Source: an uncultured bacterium (GTDB lineage Bacteria > Acidobacteriota > HRBIN11 > JAKEFK01). From it: 64,000 bases of DNA. Numbering within the stretch: position 1 is the stretch's first letter; each line of letters starts with the position of its first letter. This document shows positions 41,479-51,506 of the stretch, piece by piece. Below the pieces are notes generated by a model, which saw nothing but the letters and a program-made list of their open reading frames with translations, ran no database searches and was not told where the DNA came from. Location of the stretch: NCBI GenBank assembly GCA_963777505.1, contig CAVZQN010000006.1:128001-192000 (forward strand), given 5' to 3'. The position numbers and the translations under genes are program-made.

Positions 41479-42368
41479 GAGCGAATTCCAAGCGTATCTA
41501 AAGCAGAAGGCTTTTCACGCCACCTCTCTTTTACTTTGACTCTCAAATCGAGAAAAGTTTTTGTTCCGAGCAATCGTTCGACATCTACTCGAGCCATTGT
41601 GCCGATCTTTTTGATCATTTCACCGCCACGGCCGATTAAGATTGCCTTTTGCGATTCCTTCTCAACCCAAATATCAGCCATGATTGAAATCAAGTTCCCT
41701 TTTTCCTTAAATTCCTCAACATGAACTGCTGCGGAATACGGTACTTCCTTCTGAGCCAGTAAATAAATTTTCTCCCGGATCATTTCTTCAACGATCTGTC
41801 TTTCAGGAATGTCAGTCAGATCGTCTTCAGCAAAAGTCGGTTCTCCTTCCGGCAGATACTTAAAGATCGAAGGAATAACCCGATCGATGCCGTCACCTGT
41901 TAGAGCGGATACCGGGATAAGCTCTTTAAAATCATAAGCTTTACTGTATAAATCGACCATCGGATAAAGTTTGTCCTTTTGGACGAGATCGATTTTGTTA
42001 ATGATTAGCAGAAGTTGTGGCTTGATTCTCTTAATATGGCCGAAGATAAATTCGTCGATCCGCTGATCTTTCGTTGCATCGACAACCCAGAGTCCTAAAT
42101 CGACGCCATCCAGCGCGTTTAAAGCAATAGCAACCATCCGTTTGTTCATTTCGCCGAATGCTTTGTGAATTCCAGGGAGGTCCCAAAAAACGATTTGGCC
42201 TTCCGGTTTGGTGAGAATGCCCGTAATTCTGTTCCTGGTTGTCTGGGGCTTTGGTGAAACGATAGCGAGCTTTGTACCGATCAGGGCATTAAAAAGCGTA
42301 GATTTCCCTACATTGGGCCGCCCCAACAAGCTGACGTAACCACTTTTCGGACGACCTGTATCTTCCAT
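41475..42368 (-). CDS. era: GTPase Era
   Basis: [20 protein letters not shown] domain IGRGGEMIKKIG. Confidence 0.97.
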   Translation of the reverse strand: MEDTGRPKSGYVSLLGRPNVGKSTLFNALIGTKLAIVSPKPQTTRNRITGILTKPEGQIVFWDLPGIHKAFGEMNKRMVAIALNALDGVDLGLWVVDATKDQRIDEFIFGHIKRIKPQLLLIINKIDLVQKDKLYPMVDLYSKAYDFKELIPVSALTGDGIDRVIPSIFKYLPEGEPTFAEDDLTDIPERQIVEEMIREKIYLLAQKEVPYSAAVHVEEFKEKGNLISIMADIWVEKESQKAILIGRGGEMIKKIGTMARVDVERLLGTKTFLDLRVKVKERWREKPSALDTLGIRS

Positions 42369-42386
42369 CTTGTATCCTGTATCTAG
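42355..42386. repeat. Heptamer tandem repeat (CCTGTAT/CTTCCAT/CTTGTAT/CCTGTAT) spanning the era start
   Basis: Four 7-bp units; the second contains the era ATG. Confidence 0.6.
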
Positions 42387-42387
42387 G

Positions 42388-43599
42388 TCAGATTGCGTCG
42401 ACCTCTTCTTCTTTGGGGAGTTCCTGGATTCGTACTCTATGAATTCGGCGTTTGTCTGCTTCCAAAATTTCGAGTTTCACATTTTTGTATTGTACGACTT
42501 CACCAACCATTGGAATTCTTCCAAGTATTGAAAAAATCAAACCGCTTACTGTTTCAAAATCTTCTTCCGGAGCTTCTACTTCAAATATTTCTTCAAATTT
42601 TTCGATCGGAAATTTTCCAGTAACGATTGTTGTTCCATCCTTTTCCTTATGATATTCAAGCGGCACTTCATCATGTTCGTCACCGATTTCACCGACAATC
42701 TCTTCGAGCAAATCTTCCAGTGTTACAAGGCCTGAAGTTCCACCATATTCATCAATAACGATAGCCATTTGAGAATGAGATTCACGGAATTCCCGGAGGA
42801 GCGTAAATACTTTTTTTGTTTCGGGCACGAACATCGCTGGACGCATGATGCTCGTCACAGCTGTGGACGTATCATATTTCGGCATAACGCTCACAAGGTC
42901 CATTACACTGGCGATGCCAACAATGTTGTCCACTTTCTCTTTAAATACTGGAAGACGGCTAAACTTATGTTCCTTAAACATATGGTGCAATTCATTGAGA
43001 CTCGCCGAAGCTGAAACGGCCACCATATCGACTCGCGGTGTCATAACCTCTTTCACAGTCGTATCACCAATTGTGCTGATTGCGCGCAAAAGATCGCCTT
43101 TAAATTCCTCCGATTCAACCTCTGCTTCTTCGACTTCGGTTTTAGGTTTCTCAACAATGGCTTCTTGAACTTTGTGAAATCGAGGCATCGATTTCGCAAG
43201 GAGCCAGAAAAGCGGATAAAAAATGTAGCTGAATACCTGGGCAACTCCTTTGAAAAATGGAATTGAAAATCGGCGGTACATCCATTCCGGCAGGAGAAAA
43301 AGCAAAATAATAATCCCGGCAAGAGAAACGCTTGCGACAGCTGGTCCAAACGGAGCCGTTGAATGCTGGACAATCAAAAGAATGGGAATTACAAACAATA
43401 ACCTGGAAAACGACATGATCGCAGTCAAGCTTTCCGGATCAGACGTCATATTTGAAAGAGGCGGTAATTTATATTCAACGGCTTCGAGACATTGGGTAAG
43501 CATGGATACGGCATCACGTGCGATTAATGAAAAGCTCAAATATCCCAAGAAACTTAAAAGACAAACTACAATAAGCCAGAAAGATTCAATCCATTCCAT
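42388..43599 (-). CDS. Hemolysin/CorC family CBS-domain membrane protein
   Basis: N-terminal TMs, VKEVMTPRVD, FSRLPV, IDEYGGTSGLVTLEDLLEEIVGEI, CorC_HlyC C-terminus. Confidence 0.92.
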   Translation of the reverse strand: MEWIESFWLIVVCLLSFLGYLSFSLIARDAVSMLTQCLEAVEYKLPPLSNMTSDPESLTAIMSFSRLLFVIPILLIVQHSTAPFGPAVASVSLAGIIILLFLLPEWMYRRFSIPFFKGVAQVFSYIFYPLFWLLAKSMPRFHKVQEAIVEKPKTEVEEAEVESEEFKGDLLRAISTIGDTTVKEVMTPRVDMVAVSASASLNELHHMFKEHKFSRLPVFKEKVDNIVGIASVMDLVSVMPKYDTSTAVTSIMRPAMFVPETKKVFTLLREFRESHSQMAIVIDEYGGTSGLVTLEDLLEEIVGEIGDEHDEVPLEYHKEKDGTTIVTGKFPIEKFEEIFEVEAPEEDFETVSGLIFSILGRIPMVGEVVQYKNVKLEILEADKRRIHRVRIQELPKEEEVDAI

Positions 43600-43607
43600 A
43601 GGCGAAT

Positions 43608-43658
43608 TATGAACGATGAAAGATGAACGATGAAAGAAGTCTCAGCTTCATCGTTGAA
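43608..43658. repeat. Heptamer-arm element: (GATGAAC/GATGAAA)x4 with a short inverted arm TTCATCGTTGA
   Basis: Fills the ybeY-corC spacer; the inverted arm contains the ybeY TGA. Confidence 0.72.
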
Positions 43659-44127
43659 CAACTAATCGATTGTTGTTAATTACTTTTTTTCGGAGTTTAG
43701 ACTCGAGATGGTCCATTTGGCCTTGATCGGTTTCATGATCGTATCCCATTAAATGCAAAATTCCATGTAAGGTGAGCACCTGCAATTCTTTATCCACTAA
43801 ATGTCCTGCAGCCTCGGCGTTTTCACGGGCTTTATCAACACAAATTAGAATATCTCCAAGATAAAATTTGTTGTCTTCAACATATTCATTGACAGGAAAA
43901 GACAGCACGTCAGTAGCATAATCCTTTTTTCGATACTTCTTATTGTACTGCTGCATTTGTTTCAAATTCAGGAATACCACAGTAACTTCGGTTTCGGCAG
44001 TTTGTTTGATTCCGATATGGTGAATTGCATTCCACGCCTTTTGAGTAAACCGGCGCATCCTTTCGGAATCAATTTGCCATTTTCTCTGGTAGCTCCTGAG
44101 AGTCACCAGAATCTTTGGCTTTATCAT
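43648..44127 (-). CDS. ybeY: rRNA maturation endoribonuclease YbeY
   Basis: TDVLSFP, LGDI, HGILHLMGYDH. Start moved to ATG 44127. Confidence 0.95.
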   Translation of the reverse strand: MIKPKILVTLRSYQRKWQIDSERMRRFTQKAWNAIHHIGIKQTAETEVTVVFLNLKQMQQYNKKYRKKDYATDVLSFPVNEYVEDNKFYLGDILICVDKARENAEAAGHLVDKELQVLTLHGILHLMGYDHETDQGQMDHLESKLRKKVINNNRLVVQR

Positions 44128-46384
44128 CGCGGTTGAATTCGTAACCGGGATAGGCAATCCGATGGTGGAAAACACTTTCTAGTTTGCGAACGAATGCATC
44201 GGCAATTTGATTGAGGTCTTTCATCGTCAGGTTCGATTCATCAAGCTGACTATCTTCAAAGATCGCCCGGAAAATGGTATCTACCAGATTTCTCAAACGC
44301 GCAGGACTTGGTTCCGTTAACGTTCGCGATGCTGCTTCCGTTGCATCCGCAAGCATTAATATGGCGCCTTCTTTTGATTGAGGCTTAGGGCCGGGATACC
44401 GGTAATCTTCTTCCTTTACGACCTCAATTTCCGGATTTTCCATATCTTTCGCTTTTTTGTAGAAATATGTAATCAGCCTTGTGCCGTGATGTTGAGGAAT
44501 CATTCCAACGATATCGGATGGAAGACGCAGCATTTTTGCAACTTCAAGCCCTTCCTTAACATGGTTAATGATAACAAGAGCACTCATTCTTGGATTCAAA
44601 GTATCGTGCTTGTTCGCTTCACGCTGATTTTCAACGTAGTATTCAGATTTCCTGATTTTGCCAATATCGTGATACAACGCTGCAACACGCAAGAACAGCG
44701 GATTTGCTCCGACCTTCACTGCAGCTGCTTCGGCAATTGTTCCCATCACAATGCTGTGGTGATACGTTCCGGGAGCCTCAAGCGCAAGTTGACGTAATAC
44801 TGGAAGATCCAAATTGCTGAGCTCCAATAGCTTGATATCTGTTGTGATGTTGAATGCCCATTCAAGTATTGGAGAAGTCACAGATACGATGGCTACGGTC
44901 AGAACTGCTGATAATAAAGTGCATGCAGTTAAGAAAGCCACTTCGTTCCAGCTCAAGCTTGATTCCCGGATTAAATAAATTGTAAAAACCGTAAGAAGAC
45001 TTGCTAGCCAGATTTTGAGTCCGCTTCGAAGCAGTGCCGAACGCTGATAGTAGCGCGTGATGCTAAAGGCTGCGGCAATACCGGCTGCGAGTGAATAAAA
45101 CAGAAGATAGAAATCTCCGCGGGTGAGCACTCCTACAAGCAGCGAAAGGCCGAAAGTATAAATCGTTGCAATCGCCCTATCAGTCAGGATTGTTAGAAGT
45201 AAGGCGCCGACTGCGAATGGTATTGCAATTTGATAAGCAAATACGATGCTGAGCGGCGGAGTGGCAAACGAAGTTGAAAGGGATGTCGCAATAAGCAATC
45301 CAAGTTTTACAAGAGCAAGGTTTGCAACCAGCACAATTCCGAAAAGCAGAAATAAGGATTTATCACGCAGTTTTATGTCAGCATATTGATGCGAACGCAA
45401 ATATTTCTGAAATGAAATAAGAAAGATTGCGAGTAGAAGCAGAATTCCAATTGCGTGGCGGATCGGAGGCCCCGAAGGATTCGCTCCTTCAATCACCTGT
45501 AATTGCGCAAGAATGGCTGGAGTAATTTCTTCACCATCACGAACAATAACTCTATTCTTTTTGATTTGGTAAAAGACCGGCTCGGTATTAAGCATGGCTG
45601 TACGAATTCGAGCCTGCGTTTCAGAGTTGTTGTTGTTAATTGTTGGGGCTACGAATCGAATCAAGAAATCGGTATAAAGTGAAGCCTCTCTTGCGCCGAG
45701 ATTTGGATCCGCTGAAAGTTCTCGCTTTAATATTTCCTGAACATCACGAACATCAAGAACTGAGGTTACTGCGAGGGTTTCTTCACGTTCTGTTTCCTGA
45801 TTCCTCACCGTCATTCCTTTTGAAGCAAGAAGAAACAAAACATTTCGATCGGTAATGATGTATTGAGACATCACCTTCTGTAACCTTTGTGAAAGCTTTT
45901 TTTCAAGATCTTCGCTGAAGTCGGCTCGTGATGCTGCAGATAAAAATGCCGGTTCAAGGGATAAGTTCAAACTTGAGCGCAGAGATTCAGCAAGCTCATT
46001 AAAATTTTGCGTCCGTTCTTGACTTCGCAGGAACACGAAAACTTCATGCATGCGAGAAATGGACGAATTCACCAGTGTTGGTTCGTAATCATAGACTGGC
46101 AAAATACGTTCTCGCGCTTCTTTTTGTTTGTGTTCTGTTGTATTGGAATCAGGTACTTGAATGTCGCGTGGTGCACGAACTGTCGCCTGCGCGATGTCCC
46201 CTAGCCTGTACTTTGGAATTGTAATTCCTGCCGGTGCCAGAAATAACAAAAGGATTACAGCTGCAAACAAGACTCCGTACCAAAAGTCTCTTGTTGAAAA
46301 AAGTTTCAGAATTTTCAGCCAGAGAAGTTTAGGCGCTGAGTTTTCTTTATCACCGGGTTGAAAAATATGAATTTTAGCTTTCAT
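44069..46384 (-). CDS. 7TM HD-domain phosphohydrolase (PgpH-like c-di-AMP phosphodiesterase)
   Basis: Extracytoplasmic domain, 7TM, APGTYHHS, YHDIGK, HHGT, YPGPKPQ, LADATEA; phoH-ybeY synteny. Confidence 0.9.
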   Translation of the reverse strand: MKAKIHIFQPGDKENSAPKLLWLKILKLFSTRDFWYGVLFAAVILLLFLAPAGITIPKYRLGDIAQATVRAPRDIQVPDSNTTEHKQKEARERILPVYDYEPTLVNSSISRMHEVFVFLRSQERTQNFNELAESLRSSLNLSLEPAFLSAASRADFSEDLEKKLSQRLQKVMSQYIITDRNVLFLLASKGMTVRNQETEREETLAVTSVLDVRDVQEILKRELSADPNLGAREASLYTDFLIRFVAPTINNNNSETQARIRTAMLNTEPVFYQIKKNRVIVRDGEEITPAILAQLQVIEGANPSGPPIRHAIGILLLLAIFLISFQKYLRSHQYADIKLRDKSLFLLFGIVLVANLALVKLGLLIATSLSTSFATPPLSIVFAYQIAIPFAVGALLLTILTDRAIATIYTFGLSLLVGVLTRGDFYLLFYSLAAGIAAAFSITRYYQRSALLRSGLKIWLASLLTVFTIYLIRESSLSWNEVAFLTACTLLSAVLTVAIVSVTSPILEWAFNITTDIKLLELSNLDLPVLRQLALEAPGTYHHSIVMGTIAEAAAVKVGANPLFLRVAALYHDIGKIRKSEYYVENQREANKHDTLNPRMSALVIINHVKEGLEVAKMLRLPSDIVGMIPQHHGTRLITYFYKKAKDMENPEIEVVKEEDYRYPGPKPQSKEGAILMLADATEAASRTLTEPSPARLRNLVDTIFRAIFEDSQLDESNLTMKDLNQIADAFVRKLESVFHHRIAYPGYEFNRDDKAKDSGDSQELPEKMAN

Positions 46385-46419
46385 AGATTTTAAGAAATCA
46401 ATGACATCGGGATTGAGAG

Positions 46420-47421
46420 TTAAAGACTCTTAACGGGGAGTCCTTCGGATTCGTTTCTTTCGCGGGGCTTTTGGCCATTGCTGGTGTATTCATCATATGC
46501 GCGAATGATACTCTTGACCAATGGATGCCGGACTACATCGCGATCGCTGAAGTACTGAAATGCTATCAGGTCAACTCCTCCTAAGATTTGAACAGCTTCC
46601 TTTAAGCCTGAAGTTTTTCCAGGAGGTAGATCGATCTGTGTCACATCCCCCGTGATCACAGCTTTTGAGTTAAACCCTAAACGTGTCAAAAGCATCTTCA
46701 TTTGTTCTGAAGTTGTATTCTGCGCTTCGTCCAGAATGACGAAACTATCATTCAGGGTGCGTCCTCGCATAAATGCGATAGGAGCGATTTCGATCAACCC
46801 TTTTTCAAGGAAACGGGAAGCTTTGTCCAATTCCACTAAATCATAAAGCGCATCGTATAGCGGACGCAAATAGGGATTTACCTTCTCGAGGAGGTCCCCC
46901 GGTAAAAAGCCCAATCTTTCGCCGGCTTCAACGGCAGGACGGGTCAGGATGATCCGGCTTACAGTACGGTTGGTCAAATAGGAAAGTGCCATTGCCATGG
47001 CCAGATAGGTCTTTCCTGTACCTGCAGGTCCAATTCCAAAAACGAGATCATAATTCTGCATCGCCTCAATATACTGTTTCTGATTGAAGCTTTTTGGGTA
47101 TACATTTTTCTTGCTGGAAGGGATCACCTTGCTGGTAAGAAAAAACTTTTTTAAATCGAGCGCAGGATCCTGTTGAATCAATTCTCCGGCGGTTTTTACA
47201 TCAGCTGAGGCAAGAGTATAGCCGCTTTGAAGTAAATCGATGAATTGATTGATTATATTTTCGGCTTGTTGAACAGGAAGTTCATCTCCTTCTAAGAAGA
47301 TTTCATTTCCTCTCGCTGATACTTTAACAGGAAGAGTTTTCGCCAAAAGCTTCAAATTTTCATCAAGTCTGCCGACAAGAGGTTCGAAATATTCGTTTGG
47401 TACCGGAAGCTTACGCATCAT
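46420..47421 (-). CDS. phoH: PhoH family ATPase
   Basis: GPAGTGKTYLA, RPAVEAGE.LGFLPG, FMRGRTL, DEAQN. Confidence 0.96.
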   Translation of the reverse strand: MMRKLPVPNEYFEPLVGRLDENLKLLAKTLPVKVSARGNEIFLEGDELPVQQAENIINQFIDLLQSGYTLASADVKTAGELIQQDPALDLKKFFLTSKVIPSSKKNVYPKSFNQKQYIEAMQNYDLVFGIGPAGTGKTYLAMAMALSYLTNRTVSRIILTRPAVEAGERLGFLPGDLLEKVNPYLRPLYDALYDLVELDKASRFLEKGLIEIAPIAFMRGRTLNDSFVILDEAQNTTSEQMKMLLTRLGFNSKAVITGDVTQIDLPPGKTSGLKEAVQILGGVDLIAFQYFSDRDVVRHPLVKSIIRAYDEYTSNGQKPRERNESEGLPVKSL

Positions 47422-47600
47422 TGGAAAGGAACTAAAACGAGTTGCATGAATTGCGGAATTGGTGAATTCTCACTGCCTTGTATCTTAACTCTGACCACCA
47501 TCGATGTCCACTATAAAATCGACCCTGCCTGGGGAATTGGGGATTGATTTGAATGGAGCATAGGGTTAGATTTGGGGAGATGATTTTTTGAGGAGGTTCA

Positions 47601-48113
47601 ATGGGCATTAGGCGTGTTGCGCTGTTCTTTGTGTTTTCTCTTGTCATATCGACGGCATGTTATGCCGGCGGCTTCGGATTAAACGTTTCTTACAATAAAT
47701 TTCAGTCATCCGATTTGGCGGATGAATTTGATCTTGAAGACGAGGGAGATTTTGGGCTTGGAGCTCGTAGCGAATTTGGCGGAAACCTGGCCCTTGTTCT
47801 TTCATTCGATTATTACTTCCCTGATGATGACATTGGTGATGTCACTTTTTATGAATTTAATGGAAATTTGATCTATAACTTCCCGACCGAATCAGTCCGT
47901 CCCTACATTGGCGGAGGTGCTGGCCTCTCGCGCGTCGCATTCGATAGCGATTTTTTTGATGATGATGCAAGCGAGTTAGGAATCAACATTCTCGGCGGAG
48001 TAAAGTTTGGATCAGGCGGAATCAACCCCTTTGGTGAAATCCGGTATGTTTTTTATTCCGATGATGAAAATTTCAACAACAGGCTCGTAATTTCCGGCGG
48101 AATTATTTTCTAA
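47601..48113 (+). CDS. Small outer-membrane beta-barrel protein
   Basis: Signal peptide, amphipathic strands, RPYIGGGAG, terminal Phe. Confidence 0.82.
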   Translation: MGIRRVALFFVFSLVISTACYAGGFGLNVSYNKFQSSDLADEFDLEDEGDFGLGARSEFGGNLALVLSFDYYFPDDDIGDVTFYEFNGNLIYNFPTESVRPYIGGGAGLSRVAFDSDFFDDDASELGINILGGVKFGSGGINPFGEIRYVFYSDDENFNNRLVISGGIIF

Positions 48114-48139
48114 TTTTTAACCCCAGAGACATATAACTA

Positions 48140-48562
48140 TCAAAACGGGACGTCTTCGTCTCCGGATACACCAGGCTCAGGAGGCAGTGAATCCAGTGGG
48201 ACCTCCCCGGGTTCCATTTCTGGGCTTGCTGCTTTTCGATCCAGTAGTGCAATATTATTTGCTTGAATTTCCGTGATATAGCGTTTCACACCATCACGAT
48301 CTTCGTAGTTACGAGTCTGTAGTTTTCCTTCAACGTACAGCAAACTCCCCTTTTGAACGTATTCCTGACAGATTTCAGCAAGCTTTCTCCAGGCGACAAT
48401 TCGATGCCATTCAGTGCGTTCCTGTCGTTCTCCCGTATTGGAAGTCCAGCTTTCATTTGTAGCAAGACTGAAATTGGCTACTGGCGCGCCGCCCTGAGTG
48501 TAACGAACCTCTGGAGCACGCCCAACATGGCCGATCAAAATAACTTTATTGATCGATTTCAC
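48140..48562 (-). CDS. ssb: Single-stranded DNA-binding protein
   Basis: INKVILIG, TEWHRIV, VEGKLQTR, C-terminal DEDVPF. Confidence 0.97.
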   Translation of the reverse strand: MKSINKVILIGHVGRAPEVRYTQGGAPVANFSLATNESWTSNTGERQERTEWHRIVAWRKLAEICQEYVQKGSLLYVEGKLQTRNYEDRDGVKRYITEIQANNIALLDRKAASPEMEPGEVPLDSLPPEPGVSGDEDVPF

Positions 48563-48588
48563 GATTCCTCCCTTTTCATCTTTTTTTT

Positions 48589-48619
48589 GCCGAAGAGTAT
48601 GCGGAGATCTCTGCGGGTT
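48589..48619. repeat. Two-armed family A-like hairpin (minus strand AACCCGCAGAG...CTCTTCGGC)
   Basis: Imperfect hairpin between cpoB and ssb with both orientations of the motif core. Confidence 0.45.
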
Positions 48620-48625
48620 TATTTT

Positions 48626-49485
48626 TTATTCTAATCCGAGTTCAGCTAAACGCTGGCGCGCAATTTGGGCTTCCTTGGAACTTGGGAATCGCTGAACAAT
48701 CTGTTGCAGCTCTACCACACCCTGGCCCTTTTTACCGAGTTCAAATAATGAAAATGCTTTCTTTAAACGAGCACCAGGAACATTCGATGAATCTGGAAAT
48801 CTCTTCACGACTTTATCATATTCAGCAACGGCATCTACATATTCTTTCATCCCGTAATACGCTTCACCAATCATGAATTGCGCATCGTCAGCAAGCGTTG
48901 AGTTTGGATACTGATCCAATAAATCCTGAAACCCTCTTAAGGATTGCTCAAAATTACCTTTTGTATACTCCGCGCGTGATGCCTGGAAAATTTGTTGTTC
49001 ACCAACACTTCCCTGCACGGCGATTGGTGCAGGAGAATTCATTTGTGGCGAACTTCCCGGATTTGTTTCAGATGGTTCGTTATCCTCTTCTAGATTTTCA
49101 AGCTGCTGCTGTGCGACTCTGCAGGCGGTGTAAATTGCGGTCGAGATACAGCCGCTGAAGCCAGTTCGCGCATTCTGCGATTCGATTCTTCCACTTTTTC
49201 GTTTAAGGCTTGAAGCTGATTTAAGATTGTTTCCAGTTTTGAATTTAATGCTGCCTGGCTGGATCGGAGTTCGTCACTGGTTTTTTGAAGTTTTCCTGAA
49301 GTATCTTCAAGTTTTGTATTTCCTTCTTTTAATTGCTTTTCTAAACTCCAGAATTGCTGTTGAAGATCCAGTAAGTTTCGTTGAACTTGTGCGAGGTCTT
49401 CTTTTGTTCCGGCAAATGTATCCAATGCGAAAGCTACAAAGAACAGCGCCGCAATTATCCTTTTCATTCCCATTTTCCTTTTCAT
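48626..49485 (-). CDS. cpoB: Tol-Pal associated protein CpoB/YbgF, split by an apparent 1-bp frameshift near 49112
   Basis: Signal peptide plus coiled coil (49090-49485) and TPRs (48626-49042). Shifting frame gives the linker SQQQQLENLEEDNEPSETNPGSSPQMN; lies downstream of pal. Confidence 0.85.
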
Positions 49486-49487
49486 CG

Positions 49488-49509
49488 TTTAGCACAAAGA
49501 CACGGAGAA
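49488..49509 (-). repeat. Junction repeat family A copy (TTCTCCGTGTCTTTGTGCTAAA on the minus strand)
   Basis: Between pal and cpoB. Confidence 0.62.
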
Positions 49510-49535
49510 TTGTGTCGAGCTTCCAAAAAAATAAC

Positions 49536-49570
49536 GGCGAGACGCGCCTCAACTAAGGCTCCGCCTCGCC
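49536..49570. repeat. REP-like imperfect hairpin; core GAGACGCGCCTC recurs at about 58805
   Basis: GGCGAG...GCCT/AGGC...CTCGCC downstream of pal. Confidence 0.45.
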
Positions 49571-49591
49571 TGGTGGACAAAAAAATTTATG

Positions 49592-50152
49592 TTACTGTTT
49601 GATTGCTACAAAATGCGCTCTACGATTTTGCTGCCACGCATCTTCACTATGACCTTCAGAAAATGGTTTACTTTCACCATAGCTGATTGTGTTAATGCGA
49701 TTATCAGCAATACCCAGACCAACTAGATAGTCTTTGGCAGTGCGCGCTCTGCGTTCACCCAGAGCGAGATTGTATTCTTCTGTGCCCCGTTCGTCGCAAT
49801 GACCTTCAACTAAAACGCTCACACGCGCATTCTGCTTTAATACACGCGCATTGTTTTGAAGCGCATTAATCTGATCTTCACGAACGTCTGATTTGTTGTA
49901 ATCATAAAAGACTGGCTGCAGTTGCCTCGTTATATCAGCAAGCACATTGTCTGTAATTTCAGTTTCATCAGGCTGTTGTACAACTGGAGGCGGTGGAGCT
50001 GTTCCACTTTGATCTTCAGTTATAGAACCTGGTGAAGTTGAAGGCGTCGGTTCAATTTCTATCTTTTGTTTCTTTTTACATGCTGCACCTGTAAATGCAA
50101 TGCAGATCATCAGTACAACAAATCCGAAGTAGCGTACGTGTCTCAAGTTCAT
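49592..50152 (-). CDS. pal: Peptidoglycan-associated lipoprotein
   Basis: Lipobox-like GAAC, VEGHCDERGTEEYNLALGERRA, SYGE, NRRA; ATG 50152 with GGAGG. Confidence 0.96.
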   Translation of the reverse strand: MNLRHVRYFGFVVLMICIAFTGAACKKKQKIEIEPTPSTSPGSITEDQSGTAPPPPVVQQPDETEITDNVLADITRQLQPVFYDYNKSDVREDQINALQNNARVLKQNARVSVLVEGHCDERGTEEYNLALGERRARTAKDYLVGLGIADNRINTISYGESKPFSEGHSEDAWQQNRRAHFVAIKQ

Positions 50153-50204
50153 TCCCTCCGTTTCTCCTAAACCCAACCGTTAAGTTATTCTTGAATATGA
50201 ATTT

Positions 50205-51506
50205 CTATTCTCCAGGTGCCCAGGATGGACTCGTATTGTTTCCATCCCGAGTTAACTGCCGGAGCTTCGTTCCATTAAAGAGCATTGACCAGACTTGATA
50301 TTTTCCAGTCCGATTTGATGCAAACGCAATATGTCTGCTATCAGGAGACCAGCATGGGTTTTCATTGCTTCCCTCACTTTGGGTAAGCCGCGTGACCACG
50401 TTGTTCCCCATGTCCACAACATATATATCAAAATTTATCCCCGAACGCGAGACATATGCTAGCTTTGTGCCATCAGGCGACCAGCCGGCTGATTCATTAT
50501 ATTCGCCTACATAAGTCAATCGCTGCTCGTTTGTTCCGTCATTATTCATGATATAAACCATCGGATTTCCGCTTCGATCCGACGTAAAAGCGATCTGTCC
50601 GCTCTTCGGATTCCACGCCGGAGAAGTGTCAATGGACCGGTTAAAAGTGACCTGTCGAAGGCCGGATCCATTCGCCGAAATGGTAAAAATTTCCGCATTG
50701 CCTTTGGCATTTGAAGTGAAAGCAATTTGACTTCCATCAGGTGACCACGCAGGAGCGGAGTTTAAAGTGCCGGAGGAAAATAATGTAAATTTCTTTCCAT
50801 CATAAATGTTGTATATAACCAACAATTGACCTGTTGATGCTTCTTCCGCACGGTACGTTGTATAAACAACACGTTTGCCATCTGGTGAAAGATCCGGAGA
50901 TAGATTGATGTTTTTACTTTTTGTTACTTGAGTCTGACCAAAGCCGTCATAATCCATTAACCATACTTCTCGATTTCCCGTTCGATCCGATGAAAATCCA
51001 AGTTTGGAAGTAAAGATTCCGCGAACTCCCCAGAGTCTGTATAAGATTTCATCACCAAAACGATGAGCAATCTGTCTTACATATTTGCGATCCCATTTAT
51101 AAACTTTACCAACTACTAATTGTTCAGATTGAACATCGTAGAAGCGCGCTTCAACATTGACTTGAGTTCCTTCCATCGCAACTTTCAGCAAGGCAACATA
51201 TTTTGCGCGTGAAGTCTTGTAATCGCCGATCTTGATTTGTCCATTAAAAGCAGGATAGCCGGCTGCATCTAACATTTCGAAGTAATCAGAGTTGTATAGA
51301 TCATTATTGAGAACCGTTGTCAGTTCTTCGGCGGAAGCGCCAGCATCGGCAGTTGCAACGAAAGGTTTTGGAATCATTGCCGGTATGACTTCAAATTCAC
51401 CCGTTATTTGTCCTGTGATTTTTGGCGGTTCCTGACCTGTTTGAGTCTGACTCATACCTGGAACAAGGACTGCAAGCAAAACAAGAAATCGTATCAACAA
51501 TTTCAT
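50205..51506 (-). CDS. tolB: Tol-Pal beta-propeller protein TolB
   Basis: Signal peptide, AHRFGDEI, repeated P.WSPDG blades. Confidence 0.95.
   Translation of the reverse strand: MKLLIRFLVLLAVLVPGMSQTQTGQEPPKITGQITGEFEVIPAMIPKPFVATADAGASAEELTTVLNNDLYNSDYFEMLDAAGYPAFNGQIKIGDYKTSRAKYVALLKVAMEGTQVNVEARFYDVQSEQLVVGKVYKWDRKYVRQIAHRFGDEILYRLWGVRGIFTSKLGFSSDRTGNREVWLMDYDGFGQTQVTKSKNINLSPDLSPDGKRVVYTTYRAEEASTGQLLVIYNIYDGKKFTLFSSGTLNSAPAWSPDGSQIAFTSNAKGNAEIFTISANGSGLRQVTFNRSIDTSPAWNPKSGQIAFTSDRSGNPMVYIMNNDGTNEQRLTYVGEYNESAGWSPDGTKLAYVSRSGINFDIYVVDMGNNVVTRLTQSEGSNENPCWSPDSRHIAFASNRTGKYQVWSMLFNGTKLRQLTRDGNNTSPSWAPGE

Noticed and set aside
47432-47647. 71-aa minus-strand ORF upstream of phoH
   Set aside because: It overlaps the divergent OMP gene start, has no recognisable features, and spans a probable promoter region.
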